A DNA stretch of 64,000 nucleotides, taken from positions 186,001 through 250,000 of the IMG/VR virus record IMGVR_UViG_3300032770_000001. One strand, given 5' to 3'. Shown one piece after another: positions 63,754 through 64,000 of the stretch (its first letter is position 1; each line of letters opens with the position of its first letter). The translations under genes were made by a program, and so were the position numbers. The notes under the pieces are model-generated. The model was not told where the DNA came from. It saw only the letters and a program-made list of their open reading frames with translations, and searched no databases.

Positions 63754-64000
63754 ATGATTAAGAACTACCCCAACCACCGCTGGCAGGATGTCTACCGCCA
63801 TGGACGCATCTACAGGGAATGGTACCGCTTAAAGCCGGAATACGGCGAGAAATTGCACCTGACGCGGGCGGACGTTTCCAAGGGGCGGGCATTCTTCGAC
63901 ACCTTCCAGTTCTGGATTAACCTCAAGCCTTGGAATGGGTTCCGCAATAAAGCAGGAGAACGGCACGCCAATACTATGGTCGCTCTGCCGTTATGGTACC
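63754..64000 (+). CDS. hypothetical protein (3' partial)
   Basis: Open from ATG 63754 to the window end. Confidence 0.5.
   Translation, partial: MIKNYPNHRWQDVYRHGRIYREWYRLKPEYGEKLHLTRADVSKGRAFFDTFQFWINLKPWNGFRNKAGERHANTMVALPLWY

Noticed and set aside
1-64000. Stop-codon reassignment
   Set aside because: Recognisable enzymes are full length in the standard code, and TAA, TAG and TGA all end genes at tight junctions.
1-64000. tRNA or rRNA genes
   Set aside because: No cloverleaf with a GTTCRA T-loop found by eye in the intergenic gaps; a tRNAscan/ARAGORN run would be needed to be sure.

Overview
The window looks like part of a large (jumbo-type) dsDNA bacteriophage genome read in the standard code. 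Weak hints point to an Acidobacteriota-like host (inference). Left arm (1-14.1 kb, mostly minus strand): a virion-surface module of very long Thr/Ser/Ala/Gly-rich fibre or decoration-like proteins built from shared modules, small paralogous adaptor-like proteins, two HNH-type endonucleases, and a glycosyltransferase-methyltransferase fusion. After a divergent strand switch at about 14.2 kb come roughly 100 tightly packed plus-strand genes, mostly small hypotheticals. Recognisable products there are a dispersed RNA-repair set (Pnkp, Rnl1-type ligase, CCA-adding enzyme, SPFH protein, histidine phosphatase, ASCH), peptide deformylase, a MerC-domain protein, SLOG, Toprim, HNH, a SNF2 helicase, and a nucleotide-metabolism cluster (HD, MazG-like, class II aaRS-like, DSP, HD-GYP-like, NDT-like, ART-like, Nudix, ThyX, dCMP deaminase). 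Best candidate for a new system: a self-contained transcription unit at 18536-21307. It has a promoter, about 470 nt of highly structured non-coding sequence holding two covarying copies of one stem-loop motif, a 740-aa helical+TerD-domain protein (possibly Ro60/TROVE-like), and a terminator. This suggests a phage ribonucleoprotein that may work with the RNA-repair enzymes. Two recurrent phage promoter motifs were also found. No tRNA genes, rRNA or CRISPR arrays were seen. All family assignments come from motif recognition by eye, not from database searches.
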